The notes under the pieces were generated by a model. It worked only from the letters and a program-made list of their open reading frames with translations, was not told the origin of the DNA and searched no databases. 32,000 nucleotides of DNA from Buchnera aphidicola str. APS (Acyrthosiphon pisum) (GTDB lineage: Bacteria; Pseudomonadota; Gammaproteobacteria; Enterobacterales; Enterobacteriaceae). Positions 10,505 through 21,627 of this stretch are shown piece by piece. The stretch lies in the NCBI RefSeq assembly GCF_000009605.1, contig NC_002528.1, forward strand, positions 90,001-122,000. Reading direction: 5' to 3'. The stretch's first letter is position 1, and every line of letters begins with the position of its first letter. Both the position numbers and the translations under genes were made by a program.

Positions 10505-11348
10505 GTTGAAAACGTGTAGAATCTAAAACGGGTGTCATAGGCAAACGAAGTGTATCACTTTTTATTAATCCTATTTTTTTTGCTAACCATTTTACGGGAA
10601 TAGGATTGGGTTCTATGAACAGCGCTTCATGTAGTAACATTAGGCGTTTATTTATAGATCTTGCATTTATAAAATCCCCTTTTAATGCATACGAACAAAT
10701 TTCCATCATTTCTTTTGCAGCAATATTTGCTGTAACCGATATTACACCTTGTCCGCCTAATTGCATAAAATCTAAAGCTGTTGCATCATCTCCACTGATT
10801 AATAAAAAATTAGTTTTAACTAATTCTTTTATTTTATGGATTCTTGATAAATCTCCAGTTGCTTCTTTAATTCCTATTATGTTGTTAAAATGAGATAATT
10901 TGGCAACTGTTTCTGGGAGTAAATCACATCCGGTACGACTGGGTACATTATATAAAATTTGTGGTAATTCAGTGTTTTCTGAAATAGCTTTAAAATGTTG
11001 ATACAATCCTTCTTGTGTAGGTCTATTATAATATGGCGTTACACTTAAACAACCTGCAACACCAGATTTTTCAAATCTTTTGGTTAAAGATATAGCTTCT
11101 GTTGTAGCATTTGCTCCTGTACCTGCAATAACTGGAATACGTCCATCTGCTAATTCTAAAGTGAGCATAACAATATTTATGTGTTCTTCTTGACTAAGTG
11201 TTGCGGATTCTCCAGTAGTTCCAATTGAAACAATTGCTTCAGTTTTACTAGCAACATGATAATTAATTAACTTTTCTAAACTAATACGACAAATCTGACC
11301 TTTTTCATCCATGGGTGTAATTAGTGCAACAATACTTCCTTTGAACAT
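10464..11348 (-). CDS. dapA: 4-hydroxy-tetrahydrodipicolinate synthase
   Basis: [17 protein letters not shown]; [10 protein letters not shown]; [17 protein letters not shown]; [12 protein letters not shown]; GIKEATGD. Confidence 0.98.
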   Translation of the reverse strand: MFKGSIVALITPMDEKGQICRISLEKLINYHVASKTEAIVSIGTTGESATLSQEEHINIVMLTLELADGRIPVIAGTGANATTEAISLTKRFEKSGVAGCLSVTPYYNRPTQEGLYQHFKAISENTELPQILYNVPSRTGCDLLPETVAKLSHFNNIIGIKEATGDLSRIHKIKELVKTNFLLISGDDATALDFMQLGGQGVISVTANIAAKEMMEICSYALKGDFINARSINKRLMLLHEALFIEPNPIPVKWLAKKIGLIKSDTLRLPMTPVLDSTRFQLEKAIQYANLKIS

Positions 11349-11923
11349 TAGTTGTCCTCCTCCATAAAAAATATTTTATGGGATGTTTGGCACGTTTTAA
11401 AAATTAAGTATATAGAAATTATTAATATAATATCTTAAAAATATAATTTTATTGACAAATAAATATATAAATATTAGATAATATTGTACATATAATAGAG
11501 TTTTAATTATCTAATTCAATGAAAAATTTTTTATAATAATAACTTATATTTAATATTTTTTATTTTTTTAAATGAAATACAATTAATTTGAACAATATAT
11601 TTTATAGAGAAACAAAGGTAGAAAATATATATTTATTATTAACATTTCGCTTTATAAGTATGATTGTACGTAACATCTTTATAAAAGTATTTATTTTTAC
11701 AGAAGAAAAATTTTGCAATTTTTATTGCATTATTTTTCAAATATATTTTTTTATATACTTCAAAAGTATTTTTAAAATTTAATTATAGTACTTAGCATAA
11801 TTAAATTATGCGCTATTTCTAGAAAAATATAATTCTATTCATGTGAAAAATATCAATGATATTTAATATGATCATCCTATCGAATAAATAGTTATTTAGC
11901 ATTATGAATATATTTTAAAGGAA

Positions 11924-12988
11924 TTATTTTCCACTGCATTGTGCGCGAAATCTTAATAAATGATCCATTAATACAATTGCTACCATTGCTTCAGTGATTG
12001 GAACAGCGCGTAAACCTACACATGGATCATGTCGTCCTTTAGTAACTATTTGAACTTTTTCGTTATTTTTATTTATTGTATTGCCTGCTTTTCGAATACT
12101 TGATGTAGGTTTAAATGCTACTTTTAGTACAATTTCTCGACCATTACTAATACCACCTAGAATACCACCAGAATGATTAGTTAAAAATCCTTGTGGCGTA
12201 ATTTCATCACGATGTTCACTTCCTCGTTGATTTATTACTGAAAAACCGTCTCCAATTTCTACTCCTTTTGCGGCATTAATACTCATCAAGGCGTGTGATA
12301 AATCAGCATCAAGACGATCAAAAACTGGTTCTCCAAGTCCTACAGGGATATTTTCAGCAATAATTGTTATTTCAGCACCAATCGAATCACCTATTTTTTT
12401 GAGATATTTAATTAAATTTTCTAGTGCTAAAATTTTTTCAGGATCAGAACAGAAAAAAGGATTATTTTCGACTTCTTGCCAAGATTTAAAAGGGCATTTG
12501 ATATTGCCCATTGCTGACAAATATGCTCGAATAGTTATCCCATATTTCTCATTAAGGTATTTTTTTGCTATAGCTCCTGCTGCAACTCTCATAGCAGTTT
12601 CGCGAGCAGAAGATCTACCTCCCCCGCGATAATCTCTAATTCCATATTTTTTTTCATAAGTATAATCGGCATGTCCCGGTCGAAATAAATTCTTTATATC
12701 GCTATAGTCTTGAGACCTATGATCATGATTATAAATTATTAAACCAATACTAGTACCAGTTGTGACCCCGTTAAATATACCGGAAAGTATATTAACTTCA
12801 TCAGGTTCACGGCGCAAAGTCGTGTAACGGGAAGTACCTGGTCTTCTACGATTCAAATCATATTGCAAATCTTTACAAGATAATTCAAGACCAGGAGGTG
12901 TTCCGTCAATTATGCACCCTAATGCTTCTCCGTGTGACTCGCCAAAAGTGGTTACACAGAATATTTTCCCAATTGTATTTCCAGACAT
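11924..12988 (-). CDS. aroC: Chorismate synthase
   Basis: [33 protein letters not shown]; [43 protein letters not shown]. Confidence 0.99.
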   Translation of the reverse strand: MSGNTIGKIFCVTTFGESHGEALGCIIDGTPPGLELSCKDLQYDLNRRRPGTSRYTTLRREPDEVNILSGIFNGVTTGTSIGLIIYNHDHRSQDYSDIKNLFRPGHADYTYEKKYGIRDYRGGGRSSARETAMRVAAGAIAKKYLNEKYGITIRAYLSAMGNIKCPFKSWQEVENNPFFCSDPEKILALENLIKYLKKIGDSIGAEITIIAENIPVGLGEPVFDRLDADLSHALMSINAAKGVEIGDGFSVINQRGSEHRDEITPQGFLTNHSGGILGGISNGREIVLKVAFKPTSSIRKAGNTINKNNEKVQIVTKGRHDPCVGLRAVPITEAMVAIVLMDHLLRFRAQCSGK

Positions 12989-13283
12989 TTTTTATCCTTC
13001 TGCAATTGTTAAAATGAAATAATACAACTATACAGAACAAATAAACAAAATGATTTTTTATTTTTTAAAATATTTAAATTGTATTTATTTTTTAAAAAAT
13101 CATCTGTTTAAACTAATTGTTTCTTTTTTTATGTAGTTTTATAATAATATTTTTTTATTTGTTGTTTTTACAAAAACTAAATTATATAATTAATGAAAAA
13201 TACATAATTCATTATAAATATTTTAAATTAAATACATATGTTTGGAATTTTTAATTAATTAACATTATTGGTAACAAACAACT

Positions 13284-13844
13284 ATGGATAAAAATAGCCG
13301 ATATACCGTTGATTCGAGTATTTTATTTCGTCAATGGTTAAATGATACTCGTGAAATGGTACAAGATACTATTTTTCATTCTCGAATTCAAAAAAAAAAT
13401 AATAATCATCCAGTATCTCAACGCGTTTTTTTCGAACAAAATGCTCATAGTCATTATTTTTCTTATAGAAATAATAAAAATTTATTTAAAGAAAATCCTG
13501 TTTCTTATATTCGTCATCAAAGCTTGTATAATGTTTTAAAAAATCTAAAAAAAGGAAGATACAATCCAGATATTTCTATTGATTTGCATGGATTAACACA
13601 ACATCAGGCACAACAGGCTTTAGGAGAATTAATCACGACATGTCAAAAAGAAAAAATTTTTTGTGCTCATATAATGCATGGTCATGGTAAACATATTTTA
13701 AAAAAACAAACTCCGTTTTGGTTGTCTCAACACCCTGATATAATAGCCTTTCATGAAGCTCCTAAATTTTTTGGAAGCGATGCTGCAATTATAGTTATAA
13801 TTGAAATTAATTCTCTAAAAAAAAATATAAATATTTTTAATTAG
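13284..13844 (+). CDS. smrB: Endonuclease SmrB (YfcN), Smr domain
   Basis: IDLHGLTQHQAQQALGELI; HIMHGHGKHILKKQTPFWLSQHPDIIAFHEAPKFFGSDAAIIV. Confidence 0.93.
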   Translation: MDKNSRYTVDSSILFRQWLNDTREMVQDTIFHSRIQKKNNNHPVSQRVFFEQNAHSHYFSYRNNKNLFKENPVSYIRHQSLYNVLKNLKKGRYNPDISIDLHGLTQHQAQQALGELITTCQKEKIFCAHIMHGHGKHILKKQTPFWLSQHPDIIAFHEAPKFFGSDAAIIVIIEINSLKKNINIFN

Positions 13845-14074
13845 AAAATCAAATAATTTTATATCAAGACATTAAAATAGAAATATTGCTTTCTGAATTA
13901 AACTAAAACAGTGCTATTTTATTTAATATAAAAAGTTTCTTTAATTATTTTTTTTAAACTACAATGTTATCAATAATTTTAATTTATTATACTTCATTTT
14001 TGCAATAACATTGTCTATGTCATAAAATGATTTAATTATAATTTTTTCATGAGCACTAATAAGATATTTTTTTT

Positions 14075-14100
14075 AAAACCCTTATTTTTTGGGTTTTTTT
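14075..14100 (+). terminator. Terminator-like hairpin upstream of hisG (smrB terminator or his attenuator remnant)
   Basis: AAAACCC-(9 nt)-GGGTTTT followed by TTT; 68 nt upstream of the hisG ATG. Confidence 0.55.
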
Positions 14101-14168
14101 ATTTTCTAAAAAAGTAAATTTATATAAGTTTTTTTATGTAATAAAAAGAACTTTAAGGGATTCGAAAT

Positions 14169-15068
14169 ATGTTTGAAAATAATCGTGTACGTATAGCGAT
14201 GCAAAAAACTGGCCGTTTAAGTAAAGATTCTATCAGACTACTGACATCTTGTGGTGTTAAAATTAATTTAAAACAACAAAAATTAATAGCATTTGCTGAA
14301 AATATGCCCATTGATGTAATGTTAGTTCGTGACGATGATATTCCTGGATTGGTAATGGATGGTGTAGTAGATTTAGGAATAGTTGGAGAAAATGTGCTTG
14401 AAGAAGAGTTATTGAAACGAAAATCACAAAAATCTGAATGTTCTTATATTACTTTAAGACGACTAGATTTTGGAGTATGTAGATTATCTTTAGCTTTACC
14501 GGTAAATACTATATACACTAATATAACATGTTTAAAAAATATTAGAATAGCTACCTCATATCCTCATTTATTAAAAAAATATTTAGACGAAAAAAATATT
14601 TCTTTTAAATCCTGCATGTTAAATGGATCGGTAGAAGTTGCACCTAGAGCTGGTTTAGCAGATGCTATTTGTGATTTAGTGTCTACAGGAGCAACATTAG
14701 AAGCTAATGGTTTACGTGAAGTGCAAGTAGTTTATCATTCTCATGCCTGTCTTATTTGTAAGACTGGAAATATTAATTCTATAAAAAAAGAATTTATTAA
14801 TAAATTGATGACTCGTATTAAAGGCGTGATTAAAGCTCGCGAATCTAAATATATTATGTTACATGCTCCTATAAAACAATTAGAAGCGGTGATATCTTTA
14901 CTTCATGGAGCAGAAAGACCAACCATTTTAAAATTAGCAGGTGATGATAATCGAGTAGCAATGCATATGGTTAGTAGTGAGACATTATTTTGGGAAACGA
15001 TGGAAAAGCTAAAATTATTAGGCGCTAGTTCAATTTTAGTTTTACCAATTGAAAAAATGATGGAGTAA
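14169..15068 (+). CDS. hisG: ATP phosphoribosyltransferase
   Basis: [14 protein letters not shown]; [30 protein letters not shown]; [31 protein letters not shown]. Confidence 0.99.
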
Positions 15069-15076
15069 GAAATGCA

Positions 15077-16384
15077 ATGAAATATTTTAAAAATATAATT
15101 TTTTGGAACAAACTACACCCTGATGAACAAAAAAAAATATTATCAAGACCTATTTTAAAAGAAAATAACTTCATTAAAAAGACTGTAAAAGAAATTATAG
15201 AAAATGTTAGATTATTTGGAAATTCAGCATTAAAAAAATATACTTTTTTATTTGATAAACAAGATATAAATACATTTCAAGTTTCAAAAGAAAAAATCTC
15301 TTCATCTTCGTTTTATTTAAGTAAGGTTCTAAAAGATTCCATTTCTGTCGCGCAAAAAAATATTACATGTTTTCATAAAGCTCAAATTCCATCTAAAATA
15401 GATGTTGAAACAGAAGTTGGAGTCCGTTGTGAGCAAATCTATTTACCTCTAAATTCTATAGGAATTTATATTCCTGGCGGAACAGCTCCTTTATTTTCGA
15501 CTGTATTAATGTTAGCGATACCTGCTAAAATTTCTGGTTGTAAAAAAATTATTCTTTGCTCTCCTCCTCCGATTAGTAACGAGGTTCTTTATGCTGCTCA
15601 TATTTGTGGAATTCATGATATTTATCAAGTTGGGGGAGCTCAGGCTATAGCTGCACTCGCTTTAGGTACTGAAACGGTCCCTAAAGTAGATAAGATTTTT
15701 GGACCAGGCAATGCGTATGTTACAGAAGCAAAATTACAAGTTAGTTCAATTTTTAATGGAACAGAAATAGACATGTTAGCAGGACCTTCAGAATTATTAA
15801 TCATTGCTGACAACACTGCTAATCCAGATTTTATTGCCGCTGATTTATTATCACAAGCTGAACATGGTGTTTCTTCTCAAGTAATTTTGCTTACACCATG
15901 TTTTGAATTAGCAGAAAAGGTAGTGCTTTCCATTAATAAACAACTGAATAATTTATCTAGATTATCAGAAATTTTGAAAACATTAAAAAACAGTAGTGTC
16001 ATAATTGTCAAAAATTTATCAGAATGTATTGAAATCTCTAATATGTATGCACCTGAACATCTAATTATTCAAACACAATCACCTAGAGAAGTACTTAACT
16101 ACATCTCTAATGCTAGTTCTATTTTTCTTGGTTTATGGTCTCCTGAATCTGCCGGAGATTATGCGTCTGGGACAAATCATGTTTTACCAACATATGGAAA
16201 ATCTATTACAAATTCGTCTTTAGGATTGTGTGATTTTCAAAAACGTGTATTAGTTCAAGAATTAACAGCTAAAGGACTAATGAAATTATCTAATACTATT
16301 GAAATTTTATCTTCCGCAGAAAAACTTCAAGCACATAAAAATGCTGTAAAAATTCGCGTAGATTTTTTAAAGGGAAAAATATGA
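15077..16384 (+). CDS. hisD: Histidinol dehydrogenase
   Basis: YIPGGTAPLFSTVLMLAIPAKISGC; VGGAQAIAALALGTETVPKVDKIFGPGNAYVTEAK; AGPSELLI. Confidence 0.99.
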   Translation: MKYFKNIIFWNKLHPDEQKKILSRPILKENNFIKKTVKEIIENVRLFGNSALKKYTFLFDKQDINTFQVSKEKISSSSFYLSKVLKDSISVAQKNITCFHKAQIPSKIDVETEVGVRCEQIYLPLNSIGIYIPGGTAPLFSTVLMLAIPAKISGCKKIILCSPPPISNEVLYAAHICGIHDIYQVGGAQAIAALALGTETVPKVDKIFGPGNAYVTEAKLQVSSIFNGTEIDMLAGPSELLIIADNTANPDFIAADLLSQAEHGVSSQVILLTPCFELAEKVVLSINKQLNNLSRLSEILKTLKNSSVIIVKNLSECIEISNMYAPEHLIIQTQSPREVLNYISNASSIFLGLWSPESAGDYASGTNHVLPTYGKSITNSSLGLCDFQKRVLVQELTAKGLMKLSNTIEILSSAEKLQAHKNAVKIRVDFLKGKI

Positions 16385-17487
16385 CAGATAATGTTTTGAA
16401 ATTGTCTAGAAAAAATATAAAAAAACTAATACCTTATCAATCCGCAAGACGTATCGGAGGGGAACATGGGAATATATTATTAAATGCTAATGAATCGCCT
16501 GTATCTATTTTTTTTAAATTAAAAAAAAAACCATTTAATCGTTATCCAGAATGTCAACCCAGTAAACTAATATCTTCTTATGCTCATTATGTTAATTTAT
16601 CTTGTAATCAAATTTTAGCCACAAGAGGTGCTGATGAAGGAATTGAATTATTAATTAAGGCTTTTTGCGAACCTGGTAAAGATGCTATTATTTATTGCCC
16701 TCCTACTTATGATATGTATCGAATAAATGCAACCATAGCTGGTGTAGAAATAAAAGAAATTCCTACTATTAAAAATACTTGGCAATTAGATTTGTTAAAT
16801 ATTAAGTTAAACTTAAGTAGAGTAAAATTAATTTATATTTGCAATCCCAATAATCCTACTGGTAATATTTTTTTTAAAAAAGATCTTATTTTTTTATTGA
16901 ATATAACTTTAGGACAGGCTCTAGTTGTAATAGATGAAGCTTATATTGAATTTTCACCAGAAGAAAGCATGACAAATTATTTAAAAGATTATCCGAATTT
17001 AGTTGTTCTACGAACCTTGTCTAAAGCTTTTGCCTTAGCTGGAATACGATGCGGATTTACTTTAGCTAAAAAAGAAATTATTCAAACTTTAAGTAAAGTT
17101 ATTAGTCCTTATCCAATATCTATCCCTGTCTCTGATATAGCTATACGATCTTTAGAAAAAGATTATGTTCAATTAATGAAAAATAGAGTCTTAGATTCAA
17201 ACAATAATCGTATTTGGTTGATTAATCAATTGAAAAACATCACATGCGTAGAAACAGTATTTGAAAGTAATGCTAATTATGTATTAGTAAAATTTTCTAT
17301 GTTTGAAAAGGTTTTTGAAACTTTATGGAATAAAGGTATAATTTTAAGAAATCAAAATGAGAAAACGAATTTAAAAAAATGTATAAGAATTTCAATGGGA
17401 ACACGATCAGAATCTTTGCGTTTAATTAAAGAGCTTAAAATTTTTTCTAAAAAAAACATGTGTCAAGGTGAAATGAGTGAAAAATAA
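16381..17487 (+). CDS. hisC: Histidinol-phosphate aminotransferase
   Basis: LLNANESP; NRYPECQP; RGADEGIELLIKAFCEPG; YICNPNNPTGN; VVIDEAYIEF; RTLSKAFALAGIRCGF. Confidence 0.99.
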   Translation: MTDNVLKLSRKNIKKLIPYQSARRIGGEHGNILLNANESPVSIFFKLKKKPFNRYPECQPSKLISSYAHYVNLSCNQILATRGADEGIELLIKAFCEPGKDAIIYCPPTYDMYRINATIAGVEIKEIPTIKNTWQLDLLNIKLNLSRVKLIYICNPNNPTGNIFFKKDLIFLLNITLGQALVVIDEAYIEFSPEESMTNYLKDYPNLVVLRTLSKAFALAGIRCGFTLAKKEIIQTLSKVISPYPISIPVSDIAIRSLEKDYVQLMKNRVLDSNNNRIWLINQLKNITCVETVFESNANYVLVKFSMFEKVFETLWNKGIILRNQNEKTNLKKCIRISMGTRSESLRLIKELKIFSKKNMCQGEMSEK

Positions 17488-18538
17488 AATATTATTTATT
17501 GATCGAGATGGTACATTAATTGATGAACCAATTAATACTTTTCAAGTAGACTCAATAAATAAATTAGTATTTAAAAAATATGTTATTTCCTCATTACGTA
17601 AATTAGTTGAACTCGACTATAAATTGATAATGATTACTAATCAAGATGGTCTTGGTACTGAATCTTTTCCTTTACAAGATTTTAGTACAGCTCATCTTTT
17701 TATGTTGAGTGTTTTTCGTTCAGAAGGGGTTATTTTTGATGATATATTAATTTGTCCTCACTTTTTAGATGATGACTGTGTATGTCGAAAACCTAAAATA
17801 AAAATGATAGAGCCATGGTTAGATAAAATAGACTTAAAGAAGAGCTATGTGATTGGTGATCGAGATACAGATATGCAACTATCAAATAACCTTAAAATAA
17901 AAGGTATAAAATACAAAGAAGATATATGTAATTGGTTACATATCACAAAATACATTATAAAACATAATAGATATGCTGAAATTATCAGGAGAACTAAAGA
18001 AACTAAAGTTAGTATTAAAGTTTGGTTAGATTTAGAAGAAACAAGTAAGATTGATACTGGTGTAAAGTTTTTTGATCATATGTTAGAACAGTTATCAGTA
18101 CATAGTGGTATTTGCATGAATATTTCTGTACAGGGAGATCTTGATATTGACGATCATCATACAATAGAAGACACAGGCATTGTTTTAGGAGAGGCTTTAT
18201 TGCAAGCTTTAGGAAAAAAAAATGGTCTATCTAGATTTGGTTTCTACTTGCCAATGGATGAAAGTAGATCTAATTGTATCATGGATATATCAAATCGTCC
18301 GTATTTAAATTTCAAAGCAAAATTCAATCATAAAATGGCTGGAGATCTAAGCACTAATATGGTAGAGCATTTTTTTTATTCTCTTTGTTACTCTATGAAA
18401 ATTACACTTCATTTATATGCTGAAGGTAAAAACGACCACCATTGTATTGAGAGTTTATTTAAAGTTTTTGGACGAACGTTACGTCAAGCTATTAAGATAG
18501 AGGGAAATATGTTACCAACTTCAAAAGGGATTTTATAA
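17477..18538 (+). CDS. hisB: Bifunctional histidinol-phosphatase / imidazoleglycerol-phosphate dehydratase
   Basis: N-terminal HAD motif [12 protein letters not shown]; C-terminal [32 protein letters not shown]. Confidence 0.99.
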   Translation: MKNKILFIDRDGTLIDEPINTFQVDSINKLVFKKYVISSLRKLVELDYKLIMITNQDGLGTESFPLQDFSTAHLFMLSVFRSEGVIFDDILICPHFLDDDCVCRKPKIKMIEPWLDKIDLKKSYVIGDRDTDMQLSNNLKIKGIKYKEDICNWLHITKYIIKHNRYAEIIRRTKETKVSIKVWLDLEETSKIDTGVKFFDHMLEQLSVHSGICMNISVQGDLDIDDHHTIEDTGIVLGEALLQALGKKNGLSRFGFYLPMDESRSNCIMDISNRPYLNFKAKFNHKMAGDLSTNMVEHFFYSLCYSMKITLHLYAEGKNDHHCIESLFKVFGRTLRQAIKIEGNMLPTSKGIL

Positions 18539-19128
18539 TGTACATAGTAATAGTAGATACAGGTTGCGCTAATTTGACATCAATAAAAGTAGCAATTAAT
18601 AACTTAGGTTATAATGCTACAATAACTTCTGAATCATCAATTATTTTAAAGTCTAATAAGATTTTTTTACCAGGAGTAGGAACTGCCTCGGCAGTAATGG
18701 ATCTTTTGTCTAAAAAAAAAATCATCAATGTTATTAGAGAATGCAAACAAACAATATTAGGAATATGTTTGGGTATGCAACTTTTTTGTGCTTCTAGTGA
18801 AGAATCTAATGGCGTAAAAACAATTGGTATTATTAAAACTCCTGCATTGCGTTTAAAAGTTAATAATTTATCTTTACCTCATATTGGTTGGAATCAAATT
18901 ACATTTCAAAAAGGACATGCTTTATTTAAAAATATACCAAATAATTCAAGATTTTATTTTGTTCATAGCTATATGGTTCCAATAAATAAATATACATTAT
19001 CTACAACTAATTATGGTATTAATTTTAGTTCAATAATACAAAAAGACAATTTCTTTGGCGTTCAGTTTCATCCAGAAAAATCTGGAAATATAGGGTCTCA
19101 ATTGTTAAAAAATTTTTTGGAGATATAA
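18538..19128 (+). CDS. hisH: Imidazole glycerol phosphate synthase subunit HisH
   Basis: [16 protein letters not shown]; [11 protein letters not shown]; [12 protein letters not shown]. Confidence 0.99.
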   Translation: MYIVIVDTGCANLTSIKVAINNLGYNATITSESSIILKSNKIFLPGVGTASAVMDLLSKKKIINVIRECKQTILGICLGMQLFCASSEESNGVKTIGIIKTPALRLKVNNLSLPHIGWNQITFQKGHALFKNIPNNSRFYFVHSYMVPINKYTLSTTNYGINFSSIIQKDNFFGVQFHPEKSGNIGSQLLKNFLEI

Positions 19129-19132
19129 TTGA

Positions 19133-19873
19133 ATGATTATTCCTGCATTTGACTTAATCAACGGTAGAACAGTACGTTTATATCAAGGTGATTATTCGAA
19201 TCAAAAAAATTATAATGTAAACTTATTCAACTCCTTAGAAGTATACAAATCAAAAGGAATTGAGATAGTTCATTTAGTAGATTTAGATGGTGCAAAAAAT
19301 AGCGCAAATAGACAAATAGAATTGTTTAAGAAAATAGTTTCTCATACTACCGTACCTGTACAAGTAGGTGGAGGAATAAGAACTACAAAAGATATAAGCA
19401 CACTTCTTGATTTAGGAGTCAAAAGGGTAGTAATTGGTTCTTCTATTGTAAGTAATAAAAAACAAGTAAAACAATGGTTAAATTTTTATGGTCCAGATGC
19501 AATTGTTTTAGCATTAGATGTACATGTTGATGGTAGCAACAAAAAAGAAATCTCTATTGATGGTTGGCAAAAAAAAACAAATTTTATTCTAGAGGAAATA
19601 ATTGAATATTTCTTATCTAGTGGTTTAAAACACGTATTATGTACCGATATCTCTAGAGATGGAACACTTTTAGGACCAAATTTTAAGTTGTACAAAGAAA
19701 TTTGCAGCAATTTTAAAAATATTAATTTTCAAGCATCTGGAGGTGTAGCATCATTACAAGATATTATTTTTTTAAAAAAAACTGGAGTGAAGAGTATTAT
19801 TATTGGTCGTAGTTTATTAGAAAAAAAATTTACAATAGAAGAGGCTGTTAAATGCTGGCAAAGAGAATCATAG
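19133..19873 (+). CDS. hisA: ProFAR isomerase HisA
   Basis: [21 protein letters not shown]; [11 protein letters not shown]; [15 protein letters not shown]; [14 protein letters not shown]. Confidence 0.99.
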   Translation: MIIPAFDLINGRTVRLYQGDYSNQKNYNVNLFNSLEVYKSKGIEIVHLVDLDGAKNSANRQIELFKKIVSHTTVPVQVGGGIRTTKDISTLLDLGVKRVVIGSSIVSNKKQVKQWLNFYGPDAIVLALDVHVDGSNKKEISIDGWQKKTNFILEEIIEYFLSSGLKHVLCTDISRDGTLLGPNFKLYKEICSNFKNINFQASGGVASLQDIIFLKKTGVKSIIIGRSLLEKKFTIEEAVKCWQRES

Positions 19874-20628
19874 CGTGTCTTGATGTTGATGATGGTGTAG
19901 TAGTGAAAGGAATTAAATTTCAGAATCATAAAATCGTAGGCGATATTGTACCATTAGCCAGACGCTACGCAAAAGAAGGTATAGATGAATTAGTTTTTTA
20001 TGATATTACTGCTGCAACAAAAAATAAATTAGTTGATCGTAGTTGGATAAAAAATGTTTCTAAAGTTATAAATATTCCATTTTGCGTAGCTGGAGGTATT
20101 AAAAGTGTAGAAGATGCTAAAAAAGTTTTATCTAGTGGTGCAGATAAAATATCAATCAATTCTTCAGCATTAATAGATCCTAATTTAATTACTAAAATTT
20201 CAGAACGTTTTGGTGTACAGTGTGTAGTTATTGGAATTGATTCTTGGTTTGATAAAACAAAAAATTCTTATATGGTACAACAATATACAGGAGATATTAG
20301 TAAAACTTATCAAACGTCTTGGAAAACATCTGATTGGGTAAAAAAAGTACAAGAAAAAGGTGCTGGTGAAATAGTGTTAAATATGATGAATAAAGATGGA
20401 TTACAAAAGGGGTATGATATATCACATTTAAGTGAAATAAGAAAAATATGTAAAGTACCCTTAATTGCATCAGGTGGCGCTGGAAGTGTAGAACACTTTT
20501 ATGAAGCATTATATTATTCTAATGTTGATGGAGTGCTAGCTGCATCTGTTTTTCATAAAAATATAGTAGAGATAAAAGTGTTGAAAAAAAAATTAATTGC
20601 GCGAGGAATGGAGATTAGAGAGTGTTAA
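19852..20628 (+). CDS. hisF: Imidazole glycerol phosphate synthase subunit HisF
   Basis: [20 protein letters not shown]; [10 protein letters not shown]; [14 protein letters not shown]; [14 protein letters not shown]; IASGGAGS. Confidence 0.99.
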   Translation: MLAKRIIACLDVDDGVVVKGIKFQNHKIVGDIVPLARRYAKEGIDELVFYDITAATKNKLVDRSWIKNVSKVINIPFCVAGGIKSVEDAKKVLSSGADKISINSSALIDPNLITKISERFGVQCVVIGIDSWFDKTKNSYMVQQYTGDISKTYQTSWKTSDWVKKVQEKGAGEIVLNMMNKDGLQKGYDISHLSEIRKICKVPLIASGGAGSVEHFYEALYYSNVDGVLAASVFHKNIVEIKVLKKKLIARGMEIREC

Positions 20629-21269
20629 AAAAACATGATTTATTAAATCTTGATTGGACAAAAACTAACGGTATGATTCCCGTGATCATACAAGATTATT
20701 CTTCAAGTGAAGTTTTAATGCATGGATACATGAATCAAGATGCTTTGACTAAAACCCAAGAAGATGGCTTAGTGACATTTTATTCTCGTACTAAAAATTG
20801 CTTATGGACTAAAGGGGAAATATCAGGTAATTACTTAAAAGTAATTGAAATTAGTACAGATTGTGATAATGATACATTATTAATTTTAGTTGCAGCTCAA
20901 GGGAAAACATGTCATTTAGGTAATTCAAGTTGTTTTATTTCAAATAAATACAATATAAATTTTTTATTTAAATTAGAAGAAATTATAGAAGAGAGAAAAA
21001 ATAAATTTTCAGATAACTCATATACATCTAGTTTATATAAATCGGGAACAAGTCGTATAGCACAAAAAGTAGGTGAAGAGGCTATAGAAACAATATTAGC
21101 AGCGATGAATAAAGATCAGATTGAATTAATTAATGAAGCTTCAGATTTAATTTATCATTTAGTCGTATTGTTACACGACCAAGATTTAAATTTCAATTTA
21201 GTTATTGATAACTTAAAAAAAAGAAGAGAAAAAAATCTGAACACTAATTCTGAAAAATTATTGAAATAA
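20622..21269 (+). CDS. hisI: Bifunctional phosphoribosyl-AMP cyclohydrolase / phosphoribosyl-ATP pyrophosphatase
   Basis: [14 protein letters not shown]; [21 protein letters not shown]; [11 protein letters not shown]; [20 protein letters not shown]. Confidence 0.99.
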   Translation: MLKKHDLLNLDWTKTNGMIPVIIQDYSSSEVLMHGYMNQDALTKTQEDGLVTFYSRTKNCLWTKGEISGNYLKVIEISTDCDNDTLLILVAAQGKTCHLGNSSCFISNKYNINFLFKLEEIIEERKNKFSDNSYTSSLYKSGTSRIAQKVGEEAIETILAAMNKDQIELINEASDLIYHLVVLLHDQDLNFNLVIDNLKKRREKNLNTNSEKLLK

Positions 21270-21627
21270 TATTTTGGAGGCACTAAAAAATAAATTTATA
21301 ATATTTCAACATCACAATAAATTTTAATAATATAAGAACGTGTATTTTATGTATTATCATATTTAAAAATATCCATATTAAAAATATTTATTAAATAGCA
21401 TATCAATTAATGTTTTTATTTAAAAATAAAAAATAAAAGTCATGTTTTTAAAAAGTTTTATCTATATTTTAATTGATAGATATTCTTTATGAATGTTTTA
21501 TTTTAAACTAATAGAAAGTTGAAAATATTTAAAATATGATTTACTGTTTAAGTAATTTAATAAAATTTAACAATGTAAAAAGATAATTATTGAATATCTC
21601 TTTGATATATTTTAGTTGGAGGACAAA

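Noticed and set aside
10606-10893. 95-aa plus-strand ORF
   Set aside because: Lies entirely antisense to dapA.
11588-11782. 64-aa ORF in the dapA-aroC spacer
   Set aside because: I/F/K-rich composition expected by chance in AT-rich DNA; no motif, no clear ribosome-binding site.
12399-12632. 77-aa plus-strand ORF
   Set aside because: Antisense to aroC.
13342-13539. 65-aa ORF
   Set aside because: Alternate frame inside smrB.
19486-20509. Minus-strand ORFs at 19486..19710, 19729..19929 and 20297..20509
   Set aside because: All antisense to hisA/hisF.
21616-21627. TTG start giving a MEDK- extension of Gnd
   Set aside because: The four extra codons are the GGAGG ribosome-binding region; the conserved start [15 protein letters not shown] is at 21628.
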